From the NCBI GenBank assembly GCA_963753695.1, contig CAVWDG010000011.1:100324-164323 (forward strand): a stretch of 64,000 nt of DNA, written 5' to 3'. Positions 43,123 to 54,888 of the stretch are shown one piece after another. Position 1 is the stretch's first letter, and each line of letters opens with the position of its first letter. Both the position numbers and the translations under genes were made by a program. The DNA comes from an uncultured Actinomycetes bacterium. Its GTDB lineage: Bacteria; Actinomycetota; Thermoleophilia; UBA2241. A model generated the notes under the pieces. The model worked only from the letters and a program-made list of their open reading frames with translations, was not told where the DNA came from and made no database searches.

Positions 43123-44951
43123 TTACTCGACCGTGACGGTCTTGGCGAGGTTGCGCGGCTGGTCGACGTTCAGGCCGCGCAGGCAGGCGATGTGGTAGGC
43201 CAGCAGCTGCAGCGGCACGATCGCCACCATGGCGGCCACCACCGGGCCGCAGCGCGGTATCCACAGCACGGCGGCGGCGATCTCGTCGATCGCGTCGTTG
43301 CCCGCGGTCGCCACGGCGATCACCTCGGCGCCCCGGGCGCGGACCTCTTCGATGTTCGAGACGACCTTGGCGTAGACCGGGCTGTCGTTGGCCACGACGA
43401 CCACCGGCGAGCCGTTCTCGAGCAGGGCGATGGGGCCGTGCTTCATCTCACCGGCGGCGTAGGACTCGGTGGGGATGTAGGCGATCTCCTTGAGCTTGAG
43501 AGCGCCCTCGAGACAGACGCCGTAGCCGATGTGGCGGCCGAGGTACAAAAAGAAGGCCTCGCCCGCGTAGCGCCGCGCGATCTCCTCGACCTGCGGGTTG
43601 GCCACCAGACAGTCCTCGACCAGGGCCGGCACCTCGGCGAGCTCGAGCCCGGCCTGCTGCAGCTCGTCGGGCGAGAGCGTGCCGCGCACCCGGGCGAGGT
43701 GCAGGGTGAGCAGCAGCAGCGCGGCGATCTGGGCGACGTGGGTCTTGGTGGCGGCCACCCCGATCTCGAGACCGGCGCGCGTGAACAGCACCGCGTCGGC
43801 TTCGCGCGTGGCCTGGCTGCCCATGATGTTGGTGAGCGCCAGCACCGGCGCGCCGGCCTCGTGGGCGAGGCGCATGGCGGCCAGGGTGTCGAGGGTCTCG
43901 CCCGACTGGGTGATGCCCACCACGAGCACCTCGCCGTCGAGCACCGGGTCGCGGTAGCGGAACTCGCTGGCCAGGTCGATCTGCACCGGCAGGCCGGCGA
44001 ACGACTCCATCGCATACGAGGCGATCAGGCCGGCGTGGTACGAGGTGCCGCAGCCGATGATGAGGACGCGCCGCAGGCGGCGCACGAGCTCGTCGGGCAG
44101 GTCGACCTCGGACAGGTCGACCTCGCCGTCGTCGTTCAGGCGGCCGGCGAGCGTGTCGGCCAGGGCCTGGGGCTGCTCGTTGATCTCCTTGATCATGAAG
44201 GTCTCGTAGCCGCCCTTTTCGGCGGCGTCGGCGTCCCAGGTCGACCTCGCCCTCTTCGCGTTCGACCGGCGCGCCGGCGGCGTCGGTCACGACGGCGCCG
44301 TCGGCCGACAGCGAGACGACGTCGCCGTCGTCGAGCACCAGCACGCGGCGTGTGTGGGCCAGAAAGGCGGGGATGGCCGAGGCGATGAAGGCTTCGTCGT
44401 CGCCCAGGCCGACCACGAGCGGCGCCTCGTGGCGCGTGCCCACGATCAGCTCGCGGCTCGTCGGCCGAGATCGCGCAGAACGCGTAGTTGCCGTCGAGGC
44501 GGCGCACGGTGGCGCGCACGGCCGCGGCGAGGCCCTCGGCGATGCTTTCTTCGATCAGGTGGGCCACGACCTCGGCGTCGGTCTCGGAGGTGAGCGTGTG
44601 GCCGCGCCCGGTGAGCTCGGCGCGCAACTGTTTGTAGTTCTCGATGATGCCGTTCAGCACGATCGAGATGCGCCCGGTGCAGTCGTCGTGGGGGTGGGCG
44701 TTGGCCTGCGAGGGCCGTCCGTGGGTGGCCCAGCGCGTATGGCCGAGGCCCACGACGGCCGGCGAGTCGCCGTTTCCGGCGGCCGCGATCAAGGCGTCGA
44801 GGTTGCCGACGGCGCGCACGACGTCGATGTCGCCGTCGCACAGCAGCGCGATGCCGGCCGAGTCGTAGCCGCGGTACTCGAGATGGCGCAGGCCGTCGAG
44901 GATGATCGGCTTGCCGGGTCTGAGCCCGGCGTAGCCTACGATGCCGCACAT
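43123..44951 (-). CDS. glmS: glutamine--fructose-6-phosphate aminotransferase; at least two frameshifts (near 44440 and 44200)
   Basis: MCGIVGY... glutaminase domain (ORF 44193..44951), middle segment in ORF 43448..44443, SIS domains in ORF 43123..44196 ending ...KTVTVE. Confidence 0.85.
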
Positions 44952-44974
44952 GGGACCTTGCTTCGCTGAAGAAG

Positions 44975-45150
44975 ACGAACGCGCGGTGGTGAGAGCGACA
45001 CGTTCGAACCGTTTTGTGGCCGCCGTTGCCGGTGGGCTTTGTCGGTTCGATCACGACCGTGTCGGGCCGGGAGGCATCCGCCGAAGACTTCGATGAACCT
45101 CCGCCTCGTCACCTCTCGGGACTGGGTCGCCGAGGGGTCTGGCGCTCATG
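44975..45150 (-). ncRNA. glmS ribozyme (GlcN6P-responsive) in glmS 5' UTR
   Basis: Minus strand AGCGCCAGAcccc...GGTGACGAGGcggaGGTTCATCGAAGTCTTCGGCGGATGCCTCCCGGCC matches the conserved glmS ribozyme core (AGCGCCAGAACU...GACGAGG...UCGAAUUUUCGGCGGAUGCCUCCCGGCU); 3' boundary approximate. Confidence 0.6.
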
Positions 45151-45308
45151 GAAAACTAAGTCGAAGCTCACACTGCCGGGCGCGTCTGGGACCGTCGTCG
45201 AGATTCTTGTTGGAGGGCACCTCCTGCTTGGCTCACGGCATTCTAACCTTTTTCGCCGCGGGCGCGGAGGCGTCTTCTGCCCGGCATTGGCCGCGGACGG
45301 CCGCAAGC

Positions 45309-45851
45309 TTACGGCCCCGCGGGCTCCTCGAGGTCGTCGGTGGCCGCATCGCCGACCGCGCCGCGGCCGCCAGCGCCGGCGGCGCCCTCGCCGTCGTAGT
45401 AGTCGACGGCGCTTGAGCGACGCACCATAACGTCGTCGTCGTGGTTGCCCGTCCAGATCGCGATCTTGTCGGAATCGGGGTAGACCGTGGCGGCGGGGTG
45501 GCTGACCGTCGACCACATGAGCACGCGCACAGTCTCGGCGGTCTCGTTGCGCAGGCCGTGGGCGCCCTGCGGGCCGGTCGCGAAGGACACGACGTCCCAG
45601 GGAGCGAGGACCTCGCTGCCCTCGGGTCGGCGCAACGTCGGACGCCCGGCGAGCACCAGGAGCCACTCCTCTTCGGCGTACTCGTAGTGGTACGGGCAGA
45701 TCGCCTGCCCGGGAGGCAGCTCGTAGAGGCTGGCGCCGAGCTGGGCGGCGCCCAGCAGCGGGCCAAAGCGGAACATGCCCGCGCGAAAGCCTTCGGGGTC
45801 GTCTGGGTCGTAGCTGAACTGGGGGGCGGCGATGTTGAGGCGCTGCGACAT
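45309..45851 (-). CDS. cupin domain protein
   Basis: ...PYHYEYAEEEWLLVLAGRPTLR...APWDVVSF... cupin beta-barrel motifs. Confidence 0.6.
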   Translation of the reverse strand: MSQRLNIAAPQFSYDPDDPEGFRAGMFRFGPLLGAAQLGASLYELPPGQAICPYHYEYAEEEWLLVLAGRPTLRRPEGSEVLAPWDVVSFATGPQGAHGLRNETAETVRVLMWSTVSHPAATVYPDSDKIAIWTGNHDDDVMVRRSSAVDYYDGEGAAGAGGRGAVGDAATDDLEEPAGP

Positions 45852-45932
45852 GGCGACTGGTGTGTGCCCCGGCCACAGGGGCGCGAACCCCGTAACGAGC
45901 CCTGCGGTGCGCCGCGGGACCGCCCGGGGCGC

Positions 45933-46583
45933 CTACCTGGCTGAGACCAGCCCTGCGCCCATCGCGAAGGCCTTCTCGCAGTCCTTGGGGAACTCCGTGT
46001 CGCGGCGGCGCGCCTTGGCGGCCTCGTCGAAGCGGTCGGCGACGACCTTGCTGTAGTCGCGGAACTGGTAGGTGTCGAAGCTCGCCAGCGACTCGCAGCC
46101 GCCGAACACGCGGGCCAGGACGCGCTCGCCGGCCGCCAGGTGGTCGGCCACGCCCCAGGTCTTCATGACCTCGGGCGACGGCATGTTCATGGTGTAGATG
46201 CAGCCCACGCGCAGGGCGCCGGTGTAGAGCGTCTGCGGTGGGTCGCTGTAGACCAGGTAAGGAAAGACGAGGCGCTCGATGAAGCAGCGCATCTCGCCGG
46301 AGAGGTCGCCGAAGTAGATGGGCGAGCCCAGCAGGAGGGCGTCGGCGCTCTCGATGTCATGCAGCACCGGCGTGAGACCGTCGGTGTGGGCGCAGCGGCC
46401 GTAGCTTTTGCCCTGCCGCGTCTTGCAGGCGAAGCAGCTGACGCAGCCCTTGAAGTCGAGGTCGTAGAGGTGCACGAGCTCGGTCTGCGCGCCCTGCGAG
46501 GCCACGCCGTCGAGCGCGCTCTGCAACAGGGTCGCGGTGTTCCACGCCTTGCGCGGGCTGCCGTTGATCGCCACGACATTCAC
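45933..46583 (-). CDS. flavodoxin-like NAD(P)H-dependent FMN reductase family protein
   Basis: VNVVAINGSPRKAWNTATLL...ADALLLGSPIYFGDLSG; GTG start in GTGA overlap with glmM stop. Confidence 0.65.
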   Translation of the reverse strand: MNVVAINGSPRKAWNTATLLQSALDGVASQGAQTELVHLYDLDFKGCVSCFACKTRQGKSYGRCAHTDGLTPVLHDIESADALLLGSPIYFGDLSGEMRCFIERLVFPYLVYSDPPQTLYTGALRVGCIYTMNMPSPEVMKTWGVADHLAAGERVLARVFGGCESLASFDTYQFRDYSKVVADRFDEAAKARRRDTEFPKDCEKAFAMGAGLVSAR

Positions 46584-47927
46584 GCCGGTCGCTCGCCGAG
46601 CTCTTCTTGCACGACCGCGACGATGCGGTCGCAGACCGCGTCGCAGTCGTCTTGCGTGGCGGCTTCGGCCATGACGCGCACCAGGGGTTCGGTGCCCGAG
46701 GGCCGCACGAGCACGCGACCCTGACCGGCGAGGCGCGCGGTCTCGCGCTCGACCGCCTGCCAGACCGCGGCCGCGCCTTCGAGCGCGTCGCGGTCGCGCA
46801 CCCGCACGTTGACCAGCTTCTGCGGCAGGCGCTCCATGACCTTGGCGGCCTCGTCTCAACGACTGGCCCATCTCGCCGAGGGCCTGCAGGAGAAGGAGCG
46901 CGGTGGCCAGGCCGTCGCCGGTGGTCGAGACGTCGCGGTTGATCACGTGGCCGGACTGCTCGCCGCCGAGCACGTAATCGCTGCTTGAGCATCTCGGCGA
47001 TGACGTAGCGGTCGCCAACGGCGGTGGTCACCACCGCGATGCCCTCGCGGCCATGGCCAGGTGAAAGCCGAGGTTGGTCATGACCGTGGTGACGACGGTG
47101 TCGGCGCGTAGCGCGCCCTTACCCTTGAGGTGCCGGGCGAGGATGGCGATGACGAAGTCGCCGTCGACCAGGGCGCCGCGCGAGTCGACGGCCAGCACGC
47201 GGTCGCCGTCGCCGTCGAAGGCGAGACCCAGGTCGAAGCCGTCGGCCCGCACGACGTCCTGCAGCGCGGCCACGTGGGTCGAGCCGCACTCCTGGTTGAT
47301 GTTGAGCCCGTCGGGCGCGGTGTGAGCAGGACGATGTCGGGCGCCCGACTCGCCCAGAGCGAGCGGGGCCGCCTGGAACATGGCGCCGTTGGCGCAGTCG
47401 ACGGCGATGCGCAGGCCGGAGAGGTCGAGCGGAATGCGCTCGACGACGGTCGCTACGTAGTCCTCGACGGCGCCCTCGACGAAGTCGGCGCGCCCCACCT
47501 GGTCGCCGCGCAGCGAGACCAGGTCGTGGCGGCCGACGTGCGCTTCGATCTCGGCCTCTTCGTCGTCGGAGAGCTTGATGCCGAGGTGGCTGAAGATCTT
47601 GATGCCGTTGTCGGCGAAGGGGTTGTGCGACGCCGACACGACCACGCCGGCGTCGGCTCTGTGCTCGACGACGAGCGCCGCCAGGCCGGGCGTGGGAATG
47701 ACCCCGGCGATCTCGACCGAGCCGCCGCCGCTCGTGATGCCCGCCACCAGGGCGGCTTCGAGCATGGCGCCCGACACGCGCGTGTCGCGGCCGATGAGGA
47801 ACCGAGGGCCTGGGCCGCGGTGCTGGGCAAGCACGTAGGCCGCGGCGCGACCGACCTGCAGGGCGAGCTCGGGCGTGAGCTCGTCGCCGGCCAAGCCGCG
47901 GATACCGTCGGTGCCGAAGAGGGCCAC
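46580..47927 (-). CDS. glmM: phosphoglucosamine mutase; several frameshifts in the C-terminal half
   Basis: MALFGTDGIRG...SASHNP N-half in ORF 47028..47927; GGEQSGHVI..., then ...GRVLVRPSGTEPLVRVMAEA in other frames. Confidence 0.8.
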
Positions 47928-48095
47928 GGCTACGAGCGCCTGTGCGATGCAGGTACGGACATGACTGTGGTCATGCTACCCCCGGGGTCGAGCGTGCGAC
48001 AACAGAGACCGACGCGCTTCCCGGCCGCGATAGACCATGCGGAAGCCGGGCCCGGCGATCGGGCGGCGCACCACAGATGGCGAAGGGGTCGCGGG

Positions 48096-48488
48096 CTAGC
48101 GCTTAGAGAACTGCGGGCGCTTGCGGGCCTTCTTGAGGCCGGCCTTCTTGCGCTCTTTCACCCGTGCGTCGCGCGTGAGAAAACCGGCGCGCTTGAGCGG
48201 CGTGCGCAGGCTTTCGTCGGCGACGATGAGCGCGCGGGCGATGCCGTGACGGACGGCGCCGGCCTGACCGGCCATGCCGCCGCCGTTCACGTTGACGCGC
48301 ACGTCGAACTTGGCCTGCGTGTGGGTGGCCTCGAAGGGCATGACGGCGATGGTCTGCAGCACGCGCCTACCGAAGTAGTCGTCGAGCTCCTTGCCGTTCA
48401 CGACCACACGGCCCACGCCGGGAGTGAGGATGACGCGCGCGACGCTGGTCTTGCGCCTGCCGGTGCCCGGTATAGGTGACTGAGGCCA
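48096..48488 (-). CDS. rpsI: 30S ribosomal protein S9 (two compensating single-base indels near 48400-48470)
   Basis: GTG after AAGGAG; MASVTYTG[[15 protein letters not shown]]..[14 protein letters not shown]...[12 protein letters not shown]; the bracketed stretch is out of frame versus expected [17 protein letters not shown]. Confidence 0.8.
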   Translation of the reverse strand, partial: WPQSPIPGTGRRKTSVARVILTPGVGRVVVNGKELDDYFGRRVLQTIAVMPFEATHTQAKFDVRVNVNGGGMAGQAGAVRHGIARALIVADESLRTPLKRAGFLTRDARVKERKKAGLKKARKRPQFSKR

Positions 48489-48494
48489 CGCGTC

Positions 48495-48929
48495 TTACTC
48501 CTTGATCGCGAGCGGTGCGGGATTCTGGGCCACGTGCGGGTGCTCGGGACCTGCGTAGACCTTGAGCTTGCGCAACTGGGCCGCTCCGAGCTTGTTGTGC
48601 GGCAGCATGCCCTTGACCGCGCGGCGCACGACTTCTTCGGGGCGCCGGGCCAGAAGGTCTTTGAGCGCTTCGCCCTTGATGCCGCCGGGATACCCGGAAT
48701 GGCGCCAGTACATCTTTTCGTCGAGCTTCTTGCCGGTGACGGCGATCTTCTCGGCGTTGACGATGACGACGAAGTCGCCGGTATCGATGTTGGGCGTGTA
48801 GATCACCTTGCGCTTGCCGCGCAGGGCGTCGGCAACGACAGTCGACAGGCGGCCGAGCGTTTGGCCGTCGGCGTCGACTACGTACCACTTCTTTTCGATT
48901 GTCGCGGGCTTTGCTACGAAGGTCTTCAC
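48495..48929 (-). CDS. rplM: 50S ribosomal protein L13
   Basis: MKTFVAKPATIEKKWYVVDA... Confidence 0.9.
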   Translation of the reverse strand: MKTFVAKPATIEKKWYVVDADGQTLGRLSTVVADALRGKRKVIYTPNIDTGDFVVIVNAEKIAVTGKKLDEKMYWRHSGYPGGIKGEALKDLLARRPEEVVRRAVKGMLPHNKLGAAQLRKLKVYAGPEHPHVAQNPAPLAIKE

Positions 48930-48969
48930 GCGAAAACTCCTTGAATGCGCGAGGGGGTATGATACCCGG

Positions 48970-49782
48970 TCACGATAGGCGACGCAACTCTACGTTGTCG
49001 CCCGGCGCAAGACCAAGGACTTCCTCGGCCGAACCGGTGTTGACGGCCAGCGCTACCTGACCATAGCTGTCGACCAGCACCATGATATCGCTGGGGCGCA
49101 CTTCTACGAACGATCGGGCCAGCCGCGCAAGGTACCGTTCCCCGCCGCAGACCAGTTCGATCGGGTCGCCGAGCTGGGCCTGCTCGAGGCGCTCGGCGTC
49201 TAAGTTGAGGGCGACGTTGCCGAAACGGTCGATCAGCACCGCCGCGGCGCGCAGGCCTGTGTCGGTCGCCTGTGGCGGCGGGATCTCGAGGCGCACCAGA
49301 CCGGCCGGGTCGATGGCGGGCCCGAGCTGCGCGGCCGGCAGGCCGGTGGCCAGGCGGGCTGCGACCGGCGCGAAGATGTCGCGGCCGTGGAAGGTCGCCG
49401 ACAGCGGCGCGATGAACAGCTCGTCGTTGGTGATCTCCCAGGCGCCGGCGATGCCGCCGTCGGCCTCGGCGGCCAGGACCAGCATGCCGTTGTCGGGCCC
49501 CACGAAGAAGCGGTCGCCGGACGAGCGCAGCGCGACGGCGCGCCGCGTGCCGCCGACACCAGGGTCGACCACGGCCAGGTGGACGGCGCCGTCGGGCATG
49601 TAGGGCGCCGTGTTGCGCAGCACGAAGGCGGCGCCGATCAGGTCGTGTCGGGCGATGCCGTGGGTGACGTCGATCACGCGCACCTCGGTCGCGAAGCGCG
49701 CGATGACGCCGCGGCAGGTGCCGGCGAAGTCGTCTTCGTAGCCGTAGTCGGACAGAAAGCAGATGGGGCGCGGTGGGGTCAC
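48970..49782 (-). CDS. SAM hydrolase / SAM-dependent halogenase family protein (DUF62)
   Basis: ICFLSDYGYEDDFAGTCRGVIA...DVTHG...VVDPGVGG family motifs. Confidence 0.75.
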   Translation of the reverse strand: MTPPRPICFLSDYGYEDDFAGTCRGVIARFATEVRVIDVTHGIARHDLIGAAFVLRNTAPYMPDGAVHLAVVDPGVGGTRRAVALRSSGDRFFVGPDNGMLVLAAEADGGIAGAWEITNDELFIAPLSATFHGRDIFAPVAARLATGLPAAQLGPAIDPAGLVRLEIPPPQATDTGLRAAAVLIDRFGNVALNLDAERLEQAQLGDPIELVCGGERYLARLARSFVEVRPSDIMVLVDSYGQVALAVNTGSAEEVLGLAPGDNVELRRLS

Positions 49783-49833
49783 GACGAACAGTGTACCCGA
49801 CCCGGGCCTCTGGGGTGGCGCGGCGGCGGCGCT

Positions 49834-50661
49834 CTATCGTGCGGCGTCGGCGGCGATCGCCGCCGCCAGGCCGGCCGCCGAGTAGACGGTCGCCTCGACG
49901 GCCACCGGCAGCCCGAGCTCGCGCAGGGTCGCGCTGGTCACCGGCCCGATCGACGCGAGCCGCACCGCGCTGAGTCGTGCCGCCATGCCGTCGGCGCCCA
50001 GCAGCGCCGCGAAGTGACGAGCCGTGGAGCTTGAGGTGAAGGTCACGTAGTCGGCCGCCTCGATGGCGGCCACCGGGCAGGCAAGCGCCGCGGCCGGCAC
50101 GGTGTCGTACACAGCGACGACGTCGACGGTCACGCCGCGCCGGCGCAACTCGTCGGGCAGCACCGACCTGGCCTCGCGAGCGCGCGGCAGCAGCACCCGC
50201 CGCCCGGCAAGGCGCCGAGCCCGGTGCTCGATCGCCGCGAGCACGTCTTCGGCCACGTACTCCTCGGGCACGATGCTGGGCAGCAGCCCGCGCTCTTCGA
50301 GGGCCAGCGCCGTGGCCGGCCCGATGGCGACGAGCTCGCACGCCGCGAGCGCCGCGGCCCGACGGCCGCGCTCGTGCAGGCGCTCGCAGAAGGCGCCCAC
50401 CGCGTTGGCACTTGTGAAGATCACCGTGTCGTAGCTCTCGAGGCCGTCGATGGCGGCGCGCAGCTCGCCGTTCAGCGCCACCGGCACGATCTCGATGACC
50501 GGGCAGGCGAGCACCCGGGCGCCGTCGCGTTCGAGGAGCGCGGCCAGGCCTTCGGCCTGGCCGCGCGGACGCGTCACGACCACGCAGCGCCCGGAGAGCG
50601 GCAGCCGCGCCCCGGTCCGCTCGGCGCGCCCGCCGCGCTCGGACTCGCTGGGCGCCGTCAC
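49834..50661 (-). CDS. hemD: uroporphyrinogen-III synthase
   Basis: HemD fold signatures (...VVVTRP...FTSANAV...); ATGA overlap with hemC stop. Confidence 0.7.
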   Translation of the reverse strand: MTAPSESERGGRAERTGARLPLSGRCVVVTRPRGQAEGLAALLERDGARVLACPVIEIVPVALNGELRAAIDGLESYDTVIFTSANAVGAFCERLHERGRRAAALAACELVAIGPATALALEERGLLPSIVPEEYVAEDVLAAIEHRARRLAGRRVLLPRAREARSVLPDELRRRGVTVDVVAVYDTVPAAALACPVAAIEAADYVTFTSSSTARHFAALLGADGMAARLSAVRLASIGPVTSATLRELGLPVAVEATVYSAAGLAAAIAADAAR

Positions 50662-51785
50662 CGGGCGCTGCCCGGCGCGAGGCCATCTGAGTCGCGCACC
50701 GCCGCCAGGATGCGCTCGGCGCCGGCGGCGCGCAGGCGCTCGGCCAGCGCGCGCCCGAGGGCCTCGGGCGCCGACGCCGGGCCGGCGAGCGAATCGCGCA
50801 CGGCCTCGGCGCCGTCGAGCGAGCCGACGAAGGCGCGCAGCACGAGCTCGGCGCCCGAGGGCGGCTCGCCACCGGCGCGCGCGCGGTCACGGAGGGTGCC
50901 GCTCCCCGGCGCGACGTCCCCGCCGGATGTATCGGCGCCGGGCGCGACGCGCAGCTCGGCGTGCGCGCCGATGGGGATCTGGCAGCCGCCTTGCAGCGCC
51001 CCCAGCAGGGCGCGCTCGGCGCGCACGGCCAGGGCGCTCGGGTCGTCGTGCAGGCAGGCGAGAAGCGCGGCGGTGGGCTCGTCGCCTGTCCTTACCTCGA
51101 CAGCCAGGGCGCCCTGGCCCACCGCGGGCAGCATCTGCTCGAAGGTAAAGGCAAAAGCGGCGAGGTCGGCGCGCCCGAGGCGGGCAAGGCCGGCGGCGGC
51201 CAGCACGGTACCGTCGAGGCGCTGCTGCGCGACCTTGCGCAGACGGGTCTCGACGTTGCCGCGCAGGTCGAGAAGCTCGAGGTCGGGACGCAGCGCCAGC
51301 AGCTGCGAGCGCCGTCGCAGGCTCGAGCTGCCCACGCGGGCGCCGGCGCGCACCTCCGCGAGGCCGGCGGGCGGGTACGAGGCGGCGCCGGCAGCCGCCA
51401 CGAACACGTCGCGCGGGTCTTCGCGGCGCGTGAAGGCGCCGACGACGCACCCGTCGGGCAAGGCGGTCGGCAGGTCTTTGGCCGAGTGCACCGCGCAGTC
51501 GATGCGGCCGTCGAGCAGGGCGCTCTCGAGCTCCTTTGTGAACAGGCCTTTGTCGCCGATCTGCGAGAGGGGCGCGTCGAGGATGCGGTCGCCAGTGGTG
51601 ACCATCGTGGCGATCGTCACGTCGAGCCCGGGGTGGGCGGCGCGCAGCTGGGCAGCGACCGCCTCGGCCTGAACGAGGGCGAGCGTGCTGGCGCGCGAGC
51701 CGATGACCACGCGCGCGGCGCTCACCGGCCGGTCGGTCCCCGCCCAAGGCCGCGCGCACCGGGCGTGCGGCGGGCGCCGGTTCAT
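50658..51785 (-). CDS. hemC: hydroxymethylbilane synthase (start uncertain: ATG 51785 or GTG 51725)
   Basis: ...VVIGSRASTLALVQAE...GDRILDAPLSQIGDKGLFTKELE... Confidence 0.8.
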   Translation of the reverse strand: MNRRPPHARCARPWAGTDRPVSAARVVIGSRASTLALVQAEAVAAQLRAAHPGLDVTIATMVTTGDRILDAPLSQIGDKGLFTKELESALLDGRIDCAVHSAKDLPTALPDGCVVGAFTRREDPRDVFVAAAGAASYPPAGLAEVRAGARVGSSSLRRRSQLLALRPDLELLDLRGNVETRLRKVAQQRLDGTVLAAAGLARLGRADLAAFAFTFEQMLPAVGQGALAVEVRTGDEPTAALLACLHDDPSALAVRAERALLGALQGGCQIPIGAHAELRVAPGADTSGGDVAPGSGTLRDRARAGGEPPSGAELVLRAFVGSLDGAEAVRDSLAGPASAPEALGRALAERLRAAGAERILAAVRDSDGLAPGSAR

Positions 51786-53259
<1,474 letters not shown>

Positions 53260-53292
53260 GCAGAGTCCCTTCCTACCCAGCGCCGGCGCGCG

Positions 53293-53454
53293 TCAAGCGT
53301 CGTTCTCGCGACGGGTGAGCTCTTCGTCGAGCAGGGCCACGTCGCGCTGCAGGCGCCCGATGCGGCGGCCGGCCACGCCCAGGTAGGCGATGAGCACGAT
53401 GAGCACGGCCGCATACGCGGCGGCGACATACTTGGCGGCTTCGGCTAGCGGCAT
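53293..53454 (-). CDS. CcmD-like small membrane protein (53 aa, not in ORF track)
   Basis: ATG 4 nt after ccmC stop; MPLAEAAKYVAAAYAAVLIVLIAYLGVAGRRIGRLQRDVALLDEELTRRENDA. Confidence 0.5.
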   Translation of the reverse strand: MPLAEAAKYVAAAYAAVLIVLIAYLGVAGRRIGRLQRDVALLDEELTRRENDA

Positions 53455-53457
53455 CGG

Positions 53458-54198
53458 TCATCTCCCCAGACGGTACTTGAGCTCGCGGAGCTGCTCGTGC
53501 AGGGACTCGATGCCCAGCTCGATGCGCAGGAGCCCGACGAACAGGAGGGTCATGCCGGCCATGCCGGCCAGAAAGGCGATGAGGTCGCGGTAGTCCATGC
53601 CGCTGCCCGACGGCCCGATGACGACGGGGTGCAGCCCCGCGGGCAGGAAGCGCGTGGCAAAGAAGGTGATGGGCACATCGACGAAGGCGATGATGGCGAA
53701 CAGGGCGCCGTAGGTGGCGCGCCGCGATTCGTCGTCGACCGAGCCGCGCAGCACGAAGTAGCCGCTGTAGAGCAGGCAGGCCAGCAGGAACGTGGTGAGG
53801 CGCGGCTCCCAGGCCCACCACACCCCCCAGGCGGCCCGCCCCCAGATCACCCCGGTGATCATGACGAGCGCGCTGAACAGCAGGCCCAGGCGCACTGCCG
53901 CCACGCCGAGGCGGTCGTAGCGGGCGTCGCCGCCGCGCAGGTAGAGGATGGCGGCCACGAAGGCCACGCCGAAGGCCAGCAGGGCGGTCTCGGCGATGGG
54001 CGCGTGGATGTAGAAGATCTTCTGGCTGAAGCCCAGGGTCGAGGCGTCGGTGGGCGCGATCCAGAAGCCCACGAGCACGCCGGCGGCCAGCAGCGCGGCC
54101 GCGGCGGCGAGGATCGCACCGGTCGTGGCCAGGCGGGGCGCCGCTGGGCGCGCGACGCTCCGTTCCGAGTCGGTAGCGACGGTCGTGGCGCTCTGCAC
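53458..54198 (-). CDS. ccmC: heme exporter protein CcmC
   Basis: WAWEPRLTTFLLACLLY (WWD-type) motif; GTG start with GGAGAG RBS, 5 nt after ccmB stop. Confidence 0.8.
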   Translation of the reverse strand: MQSATTVATDSERSVARPAAPRLATTGAILAAAAALLAAGVLVGFWIAPTDASTLGFSQKIFYIHAPIAETALLAFGVAFVAAILYLRGGDARYDRLGVAAVRLGLLFSALVMITGVIWGRAAWGVWWAWEPRLTTFLLACLLYSGYFVLRGSVDDESRRATYGALFAIIAFVDVPITFFATRFLPAGLHPVVIGPSGSGMDYRDLIAFLAGMAGMTLLFVGLLRIELGIESLHEQLRELKYRLGR

Positions 54199-54202
54199 CT
54201 CG

Positions 54203-54886
54203 TCACTCTCCGATCGCGACGTCGTAGGTGCCGTAGGCCAGCACCAGGAAGACACCATCGTATACCAGCAGAAACGCGAGCCGCCCGAACACCGAGGGCG
54301 GCGTCGCGGCGCCCGACAGCAGGCCGCTCGTGCCCGACGCGGCGGCGATCAGCAGGGGGATGACCAGGGGCAGGAAGACGATGGGCAGCAGCAGGTCGCG
54401 GGAGCGCGTGTTCATGGTGATCGTGGCGAGCAGCGTGCCCAGCGCCGCGATGCCCAGGTCGGCGAGCACCACCAGGGCGAGGAACGCCGGCAGGTGCGTC
54501 GCTATGCGCCCCGAGGCGAAGAACAGCGCGAACACGGGCACCGCGACGAGCTGGATGGCCCCCAGATAAAGCAGGTTGGCGGTCATCTTGGCCAGGAAGA
54601 TGGTCACCCTGTCGACCGGGCAGAGCAGCAGGCCGTCGAGGCAGCCGTCGTCCTTTTCGTGGGCGAAGGAGCGGTTGAGCCCGAGCAGGGCGCCGAAGAC
54701 GAAGACCACCCACAGCATGCCGCCTGTGTAGAACGACAGGCGGCCGCCGCCCGACACCGTGAAGGCGTAGTGAAAGACGATCATGGCCAGCACGACGAAC
54801 AGGAACATCGAGACGACCGTCTCGCGCGTGCGCAGCTCCGAGACCACGTCTTTGCGCACCATGGCCCTGAACTGCCGCCAGCCCAT
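54203..54886 (-). CDS. ccmB: heme exporter protein CcmB
   Basis: 227-aa six-TM ORF with the typical CcmB N-terminus (MVRKDVVSELRTRE...). Confidence 0.75.
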   Translation of the reverse strand: MGWRQFRAMVRKDVVSELRTRETVVSMFLFVVLAMIVFHYAFTVSGGGRLSFYTGGMLWVVFVFGALLGLNRSFAHEKDDGCLDGLLLCPVDRVTIFLAKMTANLLYLGAIQLVAVPVFALFFASGRIATHLPAFLALVVLADLGIAALGTLLATITMNTRSRDLLLPIVFLPLVIPLLIAAASGTSGLLSGAATPPSVFGRLAFLLVYDGVFLVLAYGTYDVAIGE

Positions 54887-54888
54887 GC

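Noticed and set aside
53273-53821. 182-aa track ORF overlapping ccmC/ccmD
   Set aside because: Arg-rich alternate-frame artefact; the real genes here are ccmC and the 53-aa CcmD-like ORF
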